Positions 11,806-24,005 of a stretch of 64,000 bases of DNA are shown piece after piece. The stretch is from Lama glama. Its lineage: Eukaryota. The stretch spans positions 8,248,001-8,312,000 of the forward strand of contig CM052832.1 of assembly GCA_028534125.1 (NCBI GenBank). The letters are read 5' to 3'. The notes under the pieces were generated by a model. That model was not told where the DNA came from and made no database searches. It was given only the letters and a program-made list of their open reading frames with translations. Both the position numbers and the translations under genes were made by a program. Position 1 is the first letter of the stretch; each line of letters opens with the position of its first letter.

Positions 11806-13121
11806 ATTTTGGAAGGAATGTCATTATTGCTCTTTAAAGCACTGGTGTCTGGCCTGTAGACCACAGGCATGACTATGTCTCCTGTCTTGAGGGCCTCTGT
11901 CTGCTTCTGCTCTGAATTTCTCATGGCCCCAGCCCAGGGCAGAGGAAAACCAGTACCCACGGACCAGGGAGTGAAGGAGACTCAAAATGCCCCGACGAGG
12001 TTAAGGATGATGGATAAGGATGCCCTGGTTGACAGTCCAGGCTGCCCCTTTCCCCTCGGTGGAGTGGGCCTGTTGCCTTTCTTGAGAAGTGGTGGGCCAC
12101 GGGAGGCAGCTCATCCTCTGGCTCTGGGTGTGTTTGGGGCAAGGCAGCCTGAAAGAGGAGGTACGGATGGGCTCAGGGGTGAGGGGCTTCTTCATTCTAA
12201 TCTCCCAGGCCACAGGGAGCCATAGAAGCCAAATTACGACCACTCCACCACATCTCCAAACATGGAGATGATCTGATCCACCTGCCAAATTCAGCCACGA
12301 AGCCAGAGGAGGCCAGAAGTCAGGAGGGCTCTCCCGGAAAGGCAGTGGGCTTCTAAGAAATGGAAGATCTGGGTCCAACGCCAGGGCCCTGGAGCTGAGT
12401 CTTTGGAATTCCCCCTCCCTTCTCACTTTGATGAGGAACAGAACTCCTCCTTTTCAGGGAATGGGTGCAAGTCTGTGTCCTGTCTTCTCAGTTCCTTCCT
12501 CCACAGGGGTGCGAGGACCACGTGGGGATTTCCGGATCCTGGGACTTCTTGGTGCCCCTAGAGGCACAACTTCAAATTCCCCCAAAGAACTAATCAGCAT
12601 CAGAAGCCAAGGACCCTCTGAGGGTTCCCGCCTTCACCCTGGCTAGCTCCTCACCTGTCCTGGACTCAGTAGGAAATGGAAGGGGCCACAGGCAGGGCCC
12701 AAGTTCCCTCTGTAAGATATCCCGAGAGAACATCTCCTTCTCCCAGCCACAGTCCCCTCCTCCCTCAGTGTCTGGGATTCCTGCTTCTGCAGCCAGGAGC
12801 AACCCACCCTCAGAGCCACAGAGGAAATGACAGTCTCATGGAACACATTCTCCAAAGACAGGGCATAGGGCAGGGACCATCTTTGCCCCACTTTCCCATT
12901 TCAGGGTAAGATAAGAGATAGCAGGAGGCACCAAGGTTAGACTCCAGGAAGCACCTCCTAGTAGTGAGAAATATGAGACAGTTGGTTGTAAAAGCCAGTT
13001 ATATTCAACCTTCTGATCAGATTGACGTGGAGGGGGCACTCTGGTAGAGTGAGATGACGAGAAATCTGAGATTTAAAATATACCCAGATACATGGCCAAT
13101 ATGATCTCTCAGTTAGCTGGA

Positions 13122-13325
13122 TTTAGAGTCAGACAGATTTAGATTTAAACCCCAGCCAGGCCACGGACTGGCTATGTGACCTTAGGTTAATTGTTTAATG
13201 ATGCTTCCATTCAGTTTCCTCATCAGTAAGATGGGATAAAGAGATTCACCCCCCAGCCCCCAGGTTGTACAGAAGAGTGAGGGAGGCCTGTAGGTGAATG
13301 GCCCCAGCCCAGTGCCTGGCACATC
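13122..13325 (+). mobile_element. MIR SINE
   Basis: GCTATGTGACCTTAGG..CAGTTTCCTCATCAGTAAGATGGG..AGTGCCTGGCACAT. Confidence 0.75.
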
Positions 13326-16229
13326 CCTGGGAACAGAGGTCTGAGCTGGCTGGGGATTTGGGGAACAGTGGGAGGGGAAGATAGGCAGGAAGGTAGGCTG
13401 GCGGCAGGGATCTCAGTCCCTGGTGGGAAAGACCTGTCGTCCGAGTTGGAGATGGCCTTGGGGCCCTGCTGCAGACCAAGGGCTGGGCCCCATTCCCTGT
13501 GCCCAGGCTGAGTCTCCTGTTCCCTAGCCCTGTTCCTACATCCTGCTTCAAGGCAATCGTTGGGGGACAGTGAGAGAACTGGGACCCCCCTCCCTGGAGA
13601 ACTGCTCTTTCTGCAGGCCCCTCATCCCACTTTGTTCTGGGGACCCTCATTTTCTAACCCCAGGAAGCCTTTCATGAAGCTTCTCAGAGAGAAGCCTCAG
13701 AGAGAACTGGTTTTCCCAGACAGCCTTACTCCTTCTTTTGCCAGACCATCAGGAAGCCCTGAGAAAGACCCTGAGCTAGGGGTCAGCCTACCCACCTGCT
13801 TCAGACCAGTGCTGTCAAGCACTGGGGTGGAAAGGCCATTGGTGTTTTGGGAGGCCAGTTGGTAGGCAGGTTTGCCAGGGATCTGCTTCCCACCAGACTC
13901 GAGTGTACATTGAAAGCCCGTTTGGCACTACTCATGGTGGGGCAGAAGGAAAGCTGGCTTTGACTGGCTGGCACTGTGGCATCTGCTGGCCCCAGGCTGA
14001 GCAGCCTCCAAGGGCCTCCCACCCCCATGCCCTGGCATAGGTGAGACGGCCTCAGTAGCCACTGGGCCATAAAACGTCATGAAGCCAGTTCAGGCCAGAA
14101 GCCCACTGACAAAGAGAAGAATCGACAGACAACAAGAGCTCAGGAAGCCCAGGGTTGTATGACCCAGTGGGAATCCTTAATTCAATTTAAAATTTTTGGA
14201 TGCAAAGGAGCCAAGCTTTTATCCTAAGTTAAGACCCAGCCCTCTCTCCCTTAGACTGGGGGTTCCCTGGGAGCAGGGCTGTGTCTCCACATCAGAGTGG
14301 CCTATGGGGTAAGGCCAGTCAGCTCTTTCTCCCACTATCTGCATGGGACCACAGAGTCACAGAAGGGAGAAATATCTGACTTGCGTTGTTCAGGATCTGA
14401 GAGGGATTCATTACTAGTGAGAGTAACACAAGGGGGTTGGGGAGGGGGTGGTGCATTTTTAACTTTCCTGAAAAGCTGTGGACTCACAGAAGATTCTCTT
14501 GGTCTCTCCGCCACATCTCTTTCTTCCCTTTACATGTGCAGTTCTGCCAGGGAGAGGAGAACTAGGGGTTAGGATGGCCCCAGGGCCGGGCCTGGCATGT
14601 GGCTGAGGTGTCTTGAGCTGCCCTGCTCCAAGTCCCTCTTGTTCTCTCTCTCCCCTGCCCTCACCCCAAGCTGGCCCCTCTGGCCTCTCTGCAACCCTGC
14701 CTTGCCCAGAGCAACCCCAGCTGGGCACCCCCTCCCTCCTTCCCTCCCTCCTTTGCTCACAGAGGAGGTCGCCCAGCTGCCCACTGCCAGGTACAAAGGA
14801 TAAAAATAACCAGTGGAAAAACACGTGGCTCCAGGTCAAACATTAACCAGCGGGACCTGGTGTGCCGGCCACGGTGTTCCTTCCCAGGCTACCTGGCCAC
14901 CAACATGCAGCTGGTAGTGGTGTCCTCTCCCTCTGACCATCACTGTAATTCTCAGACATTTACCCACGGGCTCCAGAAGGACGCACCCACCCACCCGAGT
15001 GTCCCAGGGGTGCAGGTGTGGCCAGCTCACCCAGACTCGTGACTTCAGGGTTGATCCTCCTTGTGCTCAGCCTAAAGTCTTCCCTAAAGCCTCTGGGGTT
15101 CAGGTCAGCCCAGCTCCCAGGTGAAAACAGTGCCTTTGAGTCTCTGGGGATTCCTCAGTTTTTTTGTTTGTCTGCTGCAAAGCCAAGCTCACTGAGAATG
15201 GAAAAGGAAAGGGGTGGGGACAGCAGAGTCCAGGCAATGCTGACACACACCCCTCAGCATGCTGGGAGGCCACCTGGAGGAGGTGTTAGGAGAGACAAGC
15301 AGGTGAGAAGTTCCAGCCCTGTCCCTAAGGCACCCCACATGCGTGGCTCTGGTGTTGTCTGGTGCCGGGGTGACCAGAGGGATGGGTGGGTGCGGCCCTG
15401 TGGACGCAGATGACTCTGCCCGCACACCTCAGGCCCACTTGGTCTCTCACCAGGCAGATCCTACTCATTGGCATCCCAGCAACTGCCTGAGGCTCGGTGG
15501 GGCGACAGCCTGCCCCTGGCCTTTGCTCTTCACACATCTGGGGTCCGATGCCCAGTGGTTCTAGGAAATGCCTGCACAGCAGCCTTGAGCCTGAGCCAAA
15601 TGCCCCATTTTCTGTCAAGGAAGCTTGGCTGCACAATGACAGAAGAGTAAAGTCCAGCTGGGCACAGCACAGCAGCCCCATCACTCAGGCTAGCTGGAGT
15701 CCAGTGCATCCCCTCTTGGAGCCCGAAAGGGATGTAGGGGGCCCTGCAACCCGGGAAGCCCCCCACCCCCTGCCACTGGTATGTCCACAGCAGCACCACA
15801 GCAGCACGATGGAGTGTGTGCAAATATTAGCTTTAAAGGGGAAGCAGAGGGCTTGAGTGACAGCAGCAAGGGCCTTGCCCACGTCTGTTGGGGCAGCTGA
15901 GGGCTGGTCCTCTAGGGACTGGCCACTGCTGGCCCTGCTGCCAGGTCAAGAGTCCAGTGCTGAGCACAGTCGGGAGGCCTGGGGCCTGGCTTCTGAGGAA
16001 CAGCGAGGCTCCCCCAGGCACAGGAATTCCTACTCAGGATGGCCCCCCAGGCTCCTGGAAATGTTTCCCACCAGGGTGGCTGTCCCTGTGCCAGGATAGT
16101 GTCCTGGAGACGGCCTGGAGGCCTGGCCCTGCTGCAGACCCAGCCAGGCCACACAGGAGACCCATGGCCTTTGGAAGCCTTTGGTTTACAGCCAGGTTCT
16201 TCCACAGCTACATCTGCCTCGGAGCCCCA

Positions 16230-16460
16230 CGGTCTTGTTTGAGTTACTAAGCCTCACTGAGCCTCGGTTATGTCATCTATAAAGTGGGGACATTTACCTC
16301 CAGCTGTCAAGGTGTTCCAAGGATTAAGTTAGCTGATCCTTCTGGAGTGCCCAGCACATAGATTTTATTCTACAGATGGTTGCTCCAGTGAGTTTTCTCT
16401 TCACTCTGGGCCTCAGTTTCCTCCTCTGTAAATGGAGTTAATGACGCTCAGCTCACAGGA
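16230..16460 (+). mobile_element. Two tandem MIR fragments
   Basis: GAGCCTCGGTTATGTCATCTATAAAGTGGG and GGCCTCAGTTTCCTCCTCTGTAAATGG. Confidence 0.7.
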
Positions 16461-17834
16461 CCAAGTGAGCTGATCTTTATATTGTTATTGTACATGAACA
16501 ACATGGACATTGGTCCATAACCGTCAGCATGATTGTTATCTGTTTCCCGCTCTGCACTTCAGTTTCTTCATCTGGATTTGGTCACCTCTGAGGACCTCAG
16601 CTGGAGGTCCAGGGTGCTCGCCAGCTGCTCCCTGATCTCAGTCACACCCCCTGCTCTTCCCCCTCCTTGCCAAGGCCAGAACGGCACCATATCACCCTCG
16701 TTATCATGCTGACATTTGCTTTGGCTCACGAAGCAATTACCTGTTGTATTGAACAAAGGCCCAGGAGAGAGGCAGATAATAGGACAGCCAGAAGCCCTGG
16801 CTTTGGAGAGAGAAGCCGGCATAGGTGTCAGCCGGAGCCCTGACCTCGGGCCTGAGAAACAAAGCCAGGGATGCGGGAAGTGGGTGCAAAGTGAGGGGGT
16901 CAGGATTAATTTCTCTCAGCCGAGGAGCCAGAGCTAGGGGAAGGAGGGATGTTTGCATCTCGATGCCATCTGGAAGAGGGCAAACATGGAGGGGCCACTC
17001 AAGGAAATGCCTGAGCAGCAAATCAAATCCTGCAAAGAAACTGACCACCCTTGAAATGAATGTCTGAGGGAGAGGAGTGCATCTGGGGAGGGCTTGTAGT
17101 GGCGGGGAGACCAGGATGGGGAAGGAGGCCGAGGGGGAGAGGAAGGAATCAAGCTTGGTAGCCTCCGGTGGGGGCCTCCCTGGGCTGGTGGCCCTCAGCA
17201 AACACAGGCCGGAACTCGGGGCTGGGGGTAGACAAGAGGGTCCTCAAACCTACAGAAGATCTACCTTGCCTCAGAATTCTGAATCTGGTTCCCTGTAGCC
17301 ACTGCCCCCTCCACTTATCAGACCCCAAACCCTGAGGGCTACTGTCTTTCCAGTCAATGACCTTGTCCACTCCACACACATCAACGTAGCGCCTACTATG
17401 TGCATAGCTGCAGGGATGGGAAGCATAGATGCTCAGAGGTATAGCTCTGGGTGTGTGGTTCTGTGTTCTGACAGACTCGGGTTTAAATCCCCTCTCTCCT
17501 TAAACTGGCTCACAAAATGTAACATGCTTGGCCAAGCCTCCATTTTCTCCTTTGTTAAAGAATGTGATCTTGCAGCTTGGGCCCCAGAGCAAGGCAAGAG
17601 ATCTGGGGCACCCTCAACCCTCCCCAGGCAGGGAGCTGCATACTCCCTGGGCCCTTTTGCCAATGTATCGAGGCAGGTGCTGCCCAGCCCTGCCCAGGGT
17701 GGTGTACTAGGAGGCAACCTCATAGGAAGTTCAGGAAACACATTCACTTCAAGCCAGCCGACAGCTGCAGGACCTGAACACAGGGGCCTTTTCCCCTCCT
17801 CCCCTCATCAACCAGTCAAGAAAGGCACACACGA

Positions 17835-18441
17835 GTATGTGTGCCTGCATACACGTATGTGTACTTGTGTGTGCACGTGGGTGTGGGCGCGTTTGTGCAA
17901 GTTTTTGCATCTTTGGATGTGCACGTGTGCTTGTATATGTTTGCACAGATGTGCTTTGTGCGTGTTGTTTATTTGTATGTGTTTTGTGTGTTGCATGAAA
18001 TGTTTGTGTGTTTTAATATGTGAAAATATGTGCACGTGTTTGTGTGACTGTGAACATGCATTATGCAAATTGGACTGTGTTTATGTGCATATATGCATAT
18101 ATTTACATCTTTTTATGTGTTTTTTGTCTATACAATATATGTGTATGCTGTGTGTGTATTTGTGAATATAGAATCTATGGGGGGTTGTGTTTGTAAATAA
18201 GCTATGTATGTGTTTGTATAATGTGTTTCTGTGTTAATATGTATTTGTGGATATAGTGCATCTGTGTATAATTGCATGTATGAATGTGTATGTGCCTGTG
18301 TGTGGATGTGTATGTGAAACACAATTATGTCTGTATGTATAGGAATATAATATGCCCATGTGGAAATGTGTGTACATAATTAGCATGAGTGAATCATGTG
18401 TTTGCATGTCTCTGTGTGTAACATGTGTGATGTGTATGTGC
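17835..18441. repeat. ~600 bp degenerate (TG/TA)n low-complexity tract
   Basis: Near-continuous TGTG/TATG/TGCA alternation. It produces the spurious Cys/His-rich ORFs. Confidence 0.9.
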
Positions 18442-18861
18442 CTGGGCCTGTAGAAGGCAGCCTAGCATGTTAGGAACCACCCTGGACTTGCAGCCGGAGG
18501 AGGGAGTTCAGACTCCAGTCCCCTGGTGGTGAGGCCTTGACGCACTTGTTTGACCTTTCTGAGCCTCTGCGGGCCTGGCTCTAACCGCATCAGCTGTGCT
18601 CCCTGCCCTGCCTCCCACCTGTAAGGCCTGAGGTGGAGGAGCATGTGGAGCAGCCCAGAGCAGGACCGTCCTGGCAAACACAGGAAGGTCTGTTGGGCCC
18701 AGCTCTGCTCCTAGGATTGCAGAGGGGCATGACACAGGGCCTGCCCTCAGTCAGCTTACAGTCTGGCTGTGGAGACAGAAAACACAGGACAAGGATGGAG
18801 ACTGGCATGCAGATGTGCTCCCAGGGTCCAGGAGGGGCCAGGTGGGCTCAGAGTGGTAACA

Positions 18862-19080
18862 GCCTGGGTGCCAATCCTGGCCCTGCTGCTTACTTGCTCT
18901 GGGACTGTGGGCAAGTCCCTTAACCTCTCTGCCTCTCAGTTTCCTCATCTGCAAAACGAGGTCCAATAGTGCATACCTCAGAGGGCTATTGTGAGGACTA
19001 AATGAGTTAATACTTGGAAAGCACTTAGAAAACTGCCTGACACATAGAAAGTGCTCAGGGGGTGTTAACTGTTATTGTTA
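18862..19080 (+). mobile_element. MIR SINE, near full length
   Basis: GGGCAAGTCCCTTAACCTCTCTGCCTCTCAGTTTCCTCATCTGCAAAA..GTGAGGACTAAATGAGTTAATAC..GCCTGACACATAG. Confidence 0.9.
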
Positions 19081-19089
19081 CTACAATAC

Positions 19090-19470
19090 GAGAAACCACT
19101 GAAGTAGTTCTAAGTATGTAGAAAACCAAGCTAATAACAACAAAAAGGACCATCAATTCCAGGAAGAATAAAATGTTGTGCAAAGGGGAAAAAAACCCCA
19201 ACAATCACGGTTTACTAAATGGCTCAACCATGGATGTTAGTGCTTTTACAAGGTCTTGTTCCATTCCCATCTAACCAGAATGACATGGGATTGTGGTGAG
19301 GGAGAGTGGGATGGCTGTGCAGGGCTGTGGCCAGAGGGACTAAAAGAATCTGTCTTGGCAAGTGAACTTGGGCACTTCTGCTGGGTGAGACTACCATTTG
19401 TAAGGAACCTTATAAAGCTGTGTGATTTTTATGTGTATAAACAGCTTTGATAAAGATTTATAAAAATTCA
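19090..19470 (+). mobile_element. Possible old L1M 3'-end fragment
   Basis: A-rich segment ending TATGTGTATAAACAGCTTTGATAAAGATTTATAAAAA, similar to L1MC-type termini. Confidence 0.4.
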
Positions 19471-19819
19471 TTTAAATCCATCAAGTAGGAACCCATGCTT
19501 CTGGTCAAGTGTACCTGAGCTCTAAGTATTGGATGGGGTGATGTTGGCTATCCGTCTCAGCAGAGGGAGAGACAATGCCAGCTAAGAGTCTCCAGGAAAC
19601 AGGGGCGCCTGGAAGTGGGGCCTCTCCCTCCCCACCCCAACCATGGATAATTTTAAGTAAGAACAAGGGGGTACCCTGGCAACTCTGCTCTGATTTTTCA
19701 GTGAAACTGACTACAAACCATTATTACTTTCACTGCCTGCTGCCCCCTCCCTCCCTCTGTACTGGCTATTTAGTCATCCATCTAAATGTGTGGGTAAGAA
19801 GAAATAAAATAATATTCAC

Positions 19820-20045
19820 AAAAACATACATGCTCTTTGAGATGTACCACTGTTCTAAGCCTTTTGTATGCTTTAACTCATTTAATCTTCACACCCATCC
19901 TGACATCAATCTGTTTTGATTTCCATTTTAAAGGTAAGGAAATGAGGCACAGAGAGCTTAAGTAACATACTCAAGGCCACAGAGCAGAGCTAGGATTTGA
20001 ACTCATGCAATCTGACCCTGGGGTCCATGCTCTTAACCACCAATT
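19820..20045 (-). mobile_element. MIR SINE
   Basis: CTCATTTAATCTTCAC..CCATTTTAAAGGTAAGGAAATGAGGCACAGAGAG..GGATTTGAACTC..GCTCTTAACCAC. Confidence 0.85.
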
Positions 20046-20454
20046 ATTCAAAAAGGTTCAAAGAAGCACGTGGGGAAAGAGACAGGTACGCCTGGCCCAT
20101 TGCGTTGGGTGCAGCCAGCAGCTTGGCCGCACTGGGTGACCTTGTTGGACATGACAGGGAGAGGTCCTATTCCCACGGTGGAGTGGGGACTATCAGGCAC
20201 AGCATCCCTGCCAGGACCTTTGACGCGGAGTCCTGTTTGGGCCCCTGTGTGTGGCCAGGTGGGTGGTAGCACAAGGAAGGGGTGCTACCAGAGCTGAGAG
20301 GCCTTCAGTGGCCAAGCTGCTGACCTCAACCCCAAATCAGCCCAGAAGTGCAGGCCTGATCTCTCGACCCTCCCACACAGTGTGCCTGCCTGTCTACATG
20401 AAGGTCACTCATCCACAACACAGGTGCCCACTGAGCGCTCATGGTTGGAAGTGG

Positions 20455-20670
20455 GTTCCAGATCCAGAAGGCTGAGGTTTGAATCCTGTCACCTCCTAGT
20501 TGTGTGACCTTGGACAAATCATTCAACTGCTCAGTGCTTCCGTTTCCCCTGTGTACACGAAGAGCATAACAGCACTGATCTCCCAGTTGTCGTGAGGATT
20601 AAGTGAGTTTAATACCTGCAAAGGGCTTAGCGTGGTGGCCGGTCCATCGTATGCACTCAATTAATCTAGC
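20455..20670 (+). mobile_element. MIR SINE
   Basis: GGTTTGAATCCTG..GTGTGACCTTGGACAAATC..GTGAGGATTAAGTGAG. Confidence 0.8.
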
Positions 20671-22384
20671 CACTCTGTGTCCCTTGACCTTTGGGGATAT
20701 GAATCATAACATCCCAGCTCACCTACTTAAATCCCTAAGAATGATAATAAGATGAATAAGAGTTTGCCTCTCACCCTCCCGGGATTTTCAGCCTATTAAG
20801 GGGAGTTTGAACAGATAAATAACCACCACGAAGGCATGAGTGAGTTCATTGTGCCTAAAGGTGGGCACCTCACAGCCTCTGGTCCTGGAAAACCAGCCCA
20901 CAGGCAACGGGCTCAGTGACAGCCAGAGGCGGCCGTTCTTCTCGGGCTCGGTCAGGAGAGCAAAGTGGATGTTCTGCTTGATGCCCCTGAAGAAAGGTTG
21001 GAGAGTCAGAAGGGGACTCGATTGGCTCTGGAAGGGAGCAGCCTAGGGGCCTGGGTTGTAGTTCCTCCAAGGCCGGCGAGCAACCCCACAGGCTCAACCA
21101 CACAGTCTCTACTTTTGCTTGTCTGATTTCCTTCAGGCTAAGTCCAGACACTCTCCAATCTGAATGCACAGAGAGCCCTGACCCACCACATGGCCAGGAA
21201 GATTGAGTTCCTGGCCCTTGAGGAGCTGTTTTCTCCTGGATGTGAATGATGTGGCTTCTGAGCGTGGTTGGCTTCTGCTGGCAGAAAGGGTAGGCTGATG
21301 GCGCAGATGGGCGCGTGCCTGTCCTCACACCAGTGAATTCTAGGTATTCTAGGTTCTTCCTGGGGATGTAATCTCCCTGGGCCCCAGGGAGGAGGAGGGT
21401 CAGGACAGCCAGTCCTCCTGCACCCCCACCAGATAAGGCAGAGGGGCCGACAGCACACCCCTGCCCCCCAGGCTTCCTTCTGTCCCACCTTCATCTGTGT
21501 TCATTCTATGAATGTAAACTGAGCACCTGCTTGGTACCAGACCCCATCCTCGACCTTCCTGAGACTGAAGTCAGCCCCATTTCACGAGTGAGGAAAATGA
21601 GGCTTTGAGAGGTGAGAGAGAGCAAGGAAGAAGCAGAATGGGGATTGTATGCCAAGTTGTCTAACTCCAGAGCCCAGACATTGATTACCACCCCTCACTA
21701 GTCTTCCCCCTGAGATTCAGATGATAGTAACCACGCATCTACCTTAGAGTAAGGCCTGACTCTGAGAGCTCGACGTGTCTCAACTTCTCCCATCCTCACA
21801 TCACAGAGATGAAGAACTTGCCCCAGGTCTTGGAGTGAAGTGTGGAAGAGCTGGCTGTTGAACCAGGACATCTGGCTCCAGAGTCTCTTATGCTCACACT
21901 GCTCCTGGACAGATGCCAACACCTGGACCTAGGGAAATGCGACGCTGCTCTCCATGCACAGCTATGGAATACCAGCAGATCTCCCAGATAGCTGATGAAG
22001 GGAAAAAGCCAAGTGGCAGGATAGTATGGTCTGGACCCACTGATGAGGGTCTAAACATAGGCTGCTGACTACAGGTGGAGGGCTCTGGGGTTGGGGGTGG
22101 CAGGCCCAGGTGTGTGTGGTGGTAAGGCCTGAGAGTGCGTGTGGCCTCTGAGCTTTAGAGGCCACAGGAACCAGGGACTGTGTCCCTGGATGGTTCTGGC
22201 TTATTGGTAAGTCCAAGGCTCGTGACATCTGGCTAGAAAAGGTCCCTGGGCAGACCTAGGGAAGAGGACCCTCAGGTATCTAAGGCAATTTTGAGTCTGC
22301 ACTGGTTTGGCAGTACCAAGCCCTAGACTCAAGATCAGGGGAAAAGGGAACATGCCTGATGAGACAAAGTTCTGTCAGGCCTCT

Positions 22385-22492
22385 CAGAGGTGGGGATCAG
22401 GGCCTATGATGCTTGTTAAAATACAGCTTCCTAAGACCCAACTCCTGAGACCCTGATATATAGGAGGTCCAGCAATGGGGTCCTGAAATCTA
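22385..22492. mobile_element. MER5A-like hAT-Charlie fragment
   Basis: GCTTGTTAAAATACAGCTTCC..GGGGTCCTGAAATCT. Confidence 0.55.
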
Positions 22493-22509
22493 TAAAAATG
22501 ATTTTCATA

Positions 22510-22673
22510 CAAGGACCTACTATATAGTACAGGGAACTATATTCAATTTCTTATAATAAGCTATAATAAAAAAGAATCTGAAAATATATGTATGTATATG
22601 TTTAATTGAATCACTTTGCTGCACATCTGAAACTAATATTGTAAATAAACTACAGTTCAATAAAATAAAAATT
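22510..22673 (+). mobile_element. 5'-truncated artiodactyl-type L1 3' end with TSD
   Basis: CAAGGACCTACTATATAGTACAGGGAACTATATTCAA..GAATCACTTTGCTGCACATCTGAAACTAA..TTCAATAAAA. TSD TAAAAAT(G/T)ATTTTCATA at 22493-22509 and 22674-22690. Confidence 0.9.
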
Positions 22674-23019
22674 TAAAAATTATTTTCATATAGTTTTGAA
22701 AAAATGGAAAGAATAAAGGGAGGGAGGGAGGAAGGAAGGAAATAAGGAAGGCTGGATCCACCAGTACTGAAGAAAACACAGTGACAAGAAAACCTCCCTT
22801 GGATGCTCCCTCTTAGGGACTGTCCCCTGGGACCTGCAGTGGCCAGCTACATGCCTTCTTTCTGGAGATGCGCCAGGCACACCCAGCACCCTTATCAATG
22901 CATAGAGAGTTGTTTCATTCTTTTTCATGACTTGTGGTAAAGAAGATGCATTTGTAAAAAGCTTGTCAGCAAATTTTGATAAACGGTTAGTTTGGGGAAA
23001 GACTAGCTTAGATAACTTC

Positions 23020-23205
23020 TTTGGAGACAACAGCTCTGGATTCAAATCTTGCTTCTGATATTATGAGTTAAAGTGAGCTTGGAGAGGATATGTGACCTTC
23101 CGAGTTGCAAGCCGTCATTTTCCTATGCATAGACGAGGGTAACTGTGGTAGAGTCTTAATGAAGATTAGAAATAATTTATGGCCAGTGCCTGGTGCATAC
23201 TAGGA
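23020..23205 (+). mobile_element. MIR SINE (decayed)
   Basis: CTGGATTCAAATCTTGCTTCTG..GAAGATTAGAAATAAT..CAGTGCCTGG. Confidence 0.6.
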
Positions 23206-23829
23206 GGTAAGAATGATAAGGGGGATGCATATGCAGTAACATGCATATACAGTAACATGAGAACAGTCACAAAGAGGGTTTAGGTATAGCATTCAAAAGA
23301 CAGGCAGCCTACAGGATGAGTCCTTTCAGCTTGGCCAGAGGAAGAATTCAGGGACAAATAAGGAAAAATGAGCCTCATCCCTGCAGTCCACGAGTGGCAC
23401 CACAGGACCAGGCAGGGTGATGAGCCAGATGAGATGCCTTAGCAGCTCTGGCCTGATGACTCTGAACACTGAGAGGGAGCTTTCTGGGAAGAACTGACAA
23501 GTCTGGCATGCACTTCACCTTGGAAAATAATCCATTGTTGGTCTGGATGGCAGGTGTCACTAAGTCACGGCTGGCAGGACCAGAGTTTGCTGAGAACCAC
23601 AGTCATGAGGAGACTGGTCAATTGTCATAGGAGCTCTCATCAGGCCCAGTGCTCAGCTGTCCCTTGGCCTGGAGGTTCTAGCGATTGGGACTTCTTGGGC
23701 ATCCTGTACAGTGTGGTGCACACACAGGACCTAAACAAATCTTGGTGGAATTACCTTTTGGATCCCAAATCTAACTAGAAAATAATAATTCCATGGAGTT
23801 CAGAAAAAAAGTCAGGGGAGGCGTTGAAC

Positions 23830-24005
23830 CAGGAGTGGGTCAAGTCCTAGCTCTACAGTTTCCAAGAGGTGTAAATTCAGGTGTACTATGTAATTTTCCC
23901 AAGCCTCGGTTTCCTTGTTTACAAAACAGAGCCTTCTTTCAAGGATTACACCGTATCGTGTCTATAACGCAGCTAGCATAGTGCTTGCTGCACAATAATA
24001 ACAGT
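23830..24005 (+). mobile_element. MIR SINE (decayed)
   Basis: CAAGTCCTAGCTCT..AAGCCTCGGTTTCCTTGTTTACAAAA. Confidence 0.6.

Noticed and set aside
12185..12215. Splice acceptor (TTCTTCATTCTAATCTCCCAG) starting a coding exon
   Set aside because: There is no recognisable reading frame or convincing downstream donor. Such motifs are frequent by chance.
17398..18165. 255 aa Cys-rich ORF (keratin-associated/metallothionein-like appearance)
   Set aside because: The Cys/Val/Met content comes directly from the TG-repeat tract, and the 5' part overlaps a MIR fragment.
19820..20670. Inverted MIR pair forming dsRNA
   Set aside because: The copies are too diverged from each other for stable pairing, and such pairs are expected at this MIR density.
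23225..23260. Short direct duplications (also 4177-4198, 49688-49711, 54882-54900, 63232-63250)
   Set aside because: These are two to three copy slippage duplications of 9-16 bp, ordinary in mammalian DNA.
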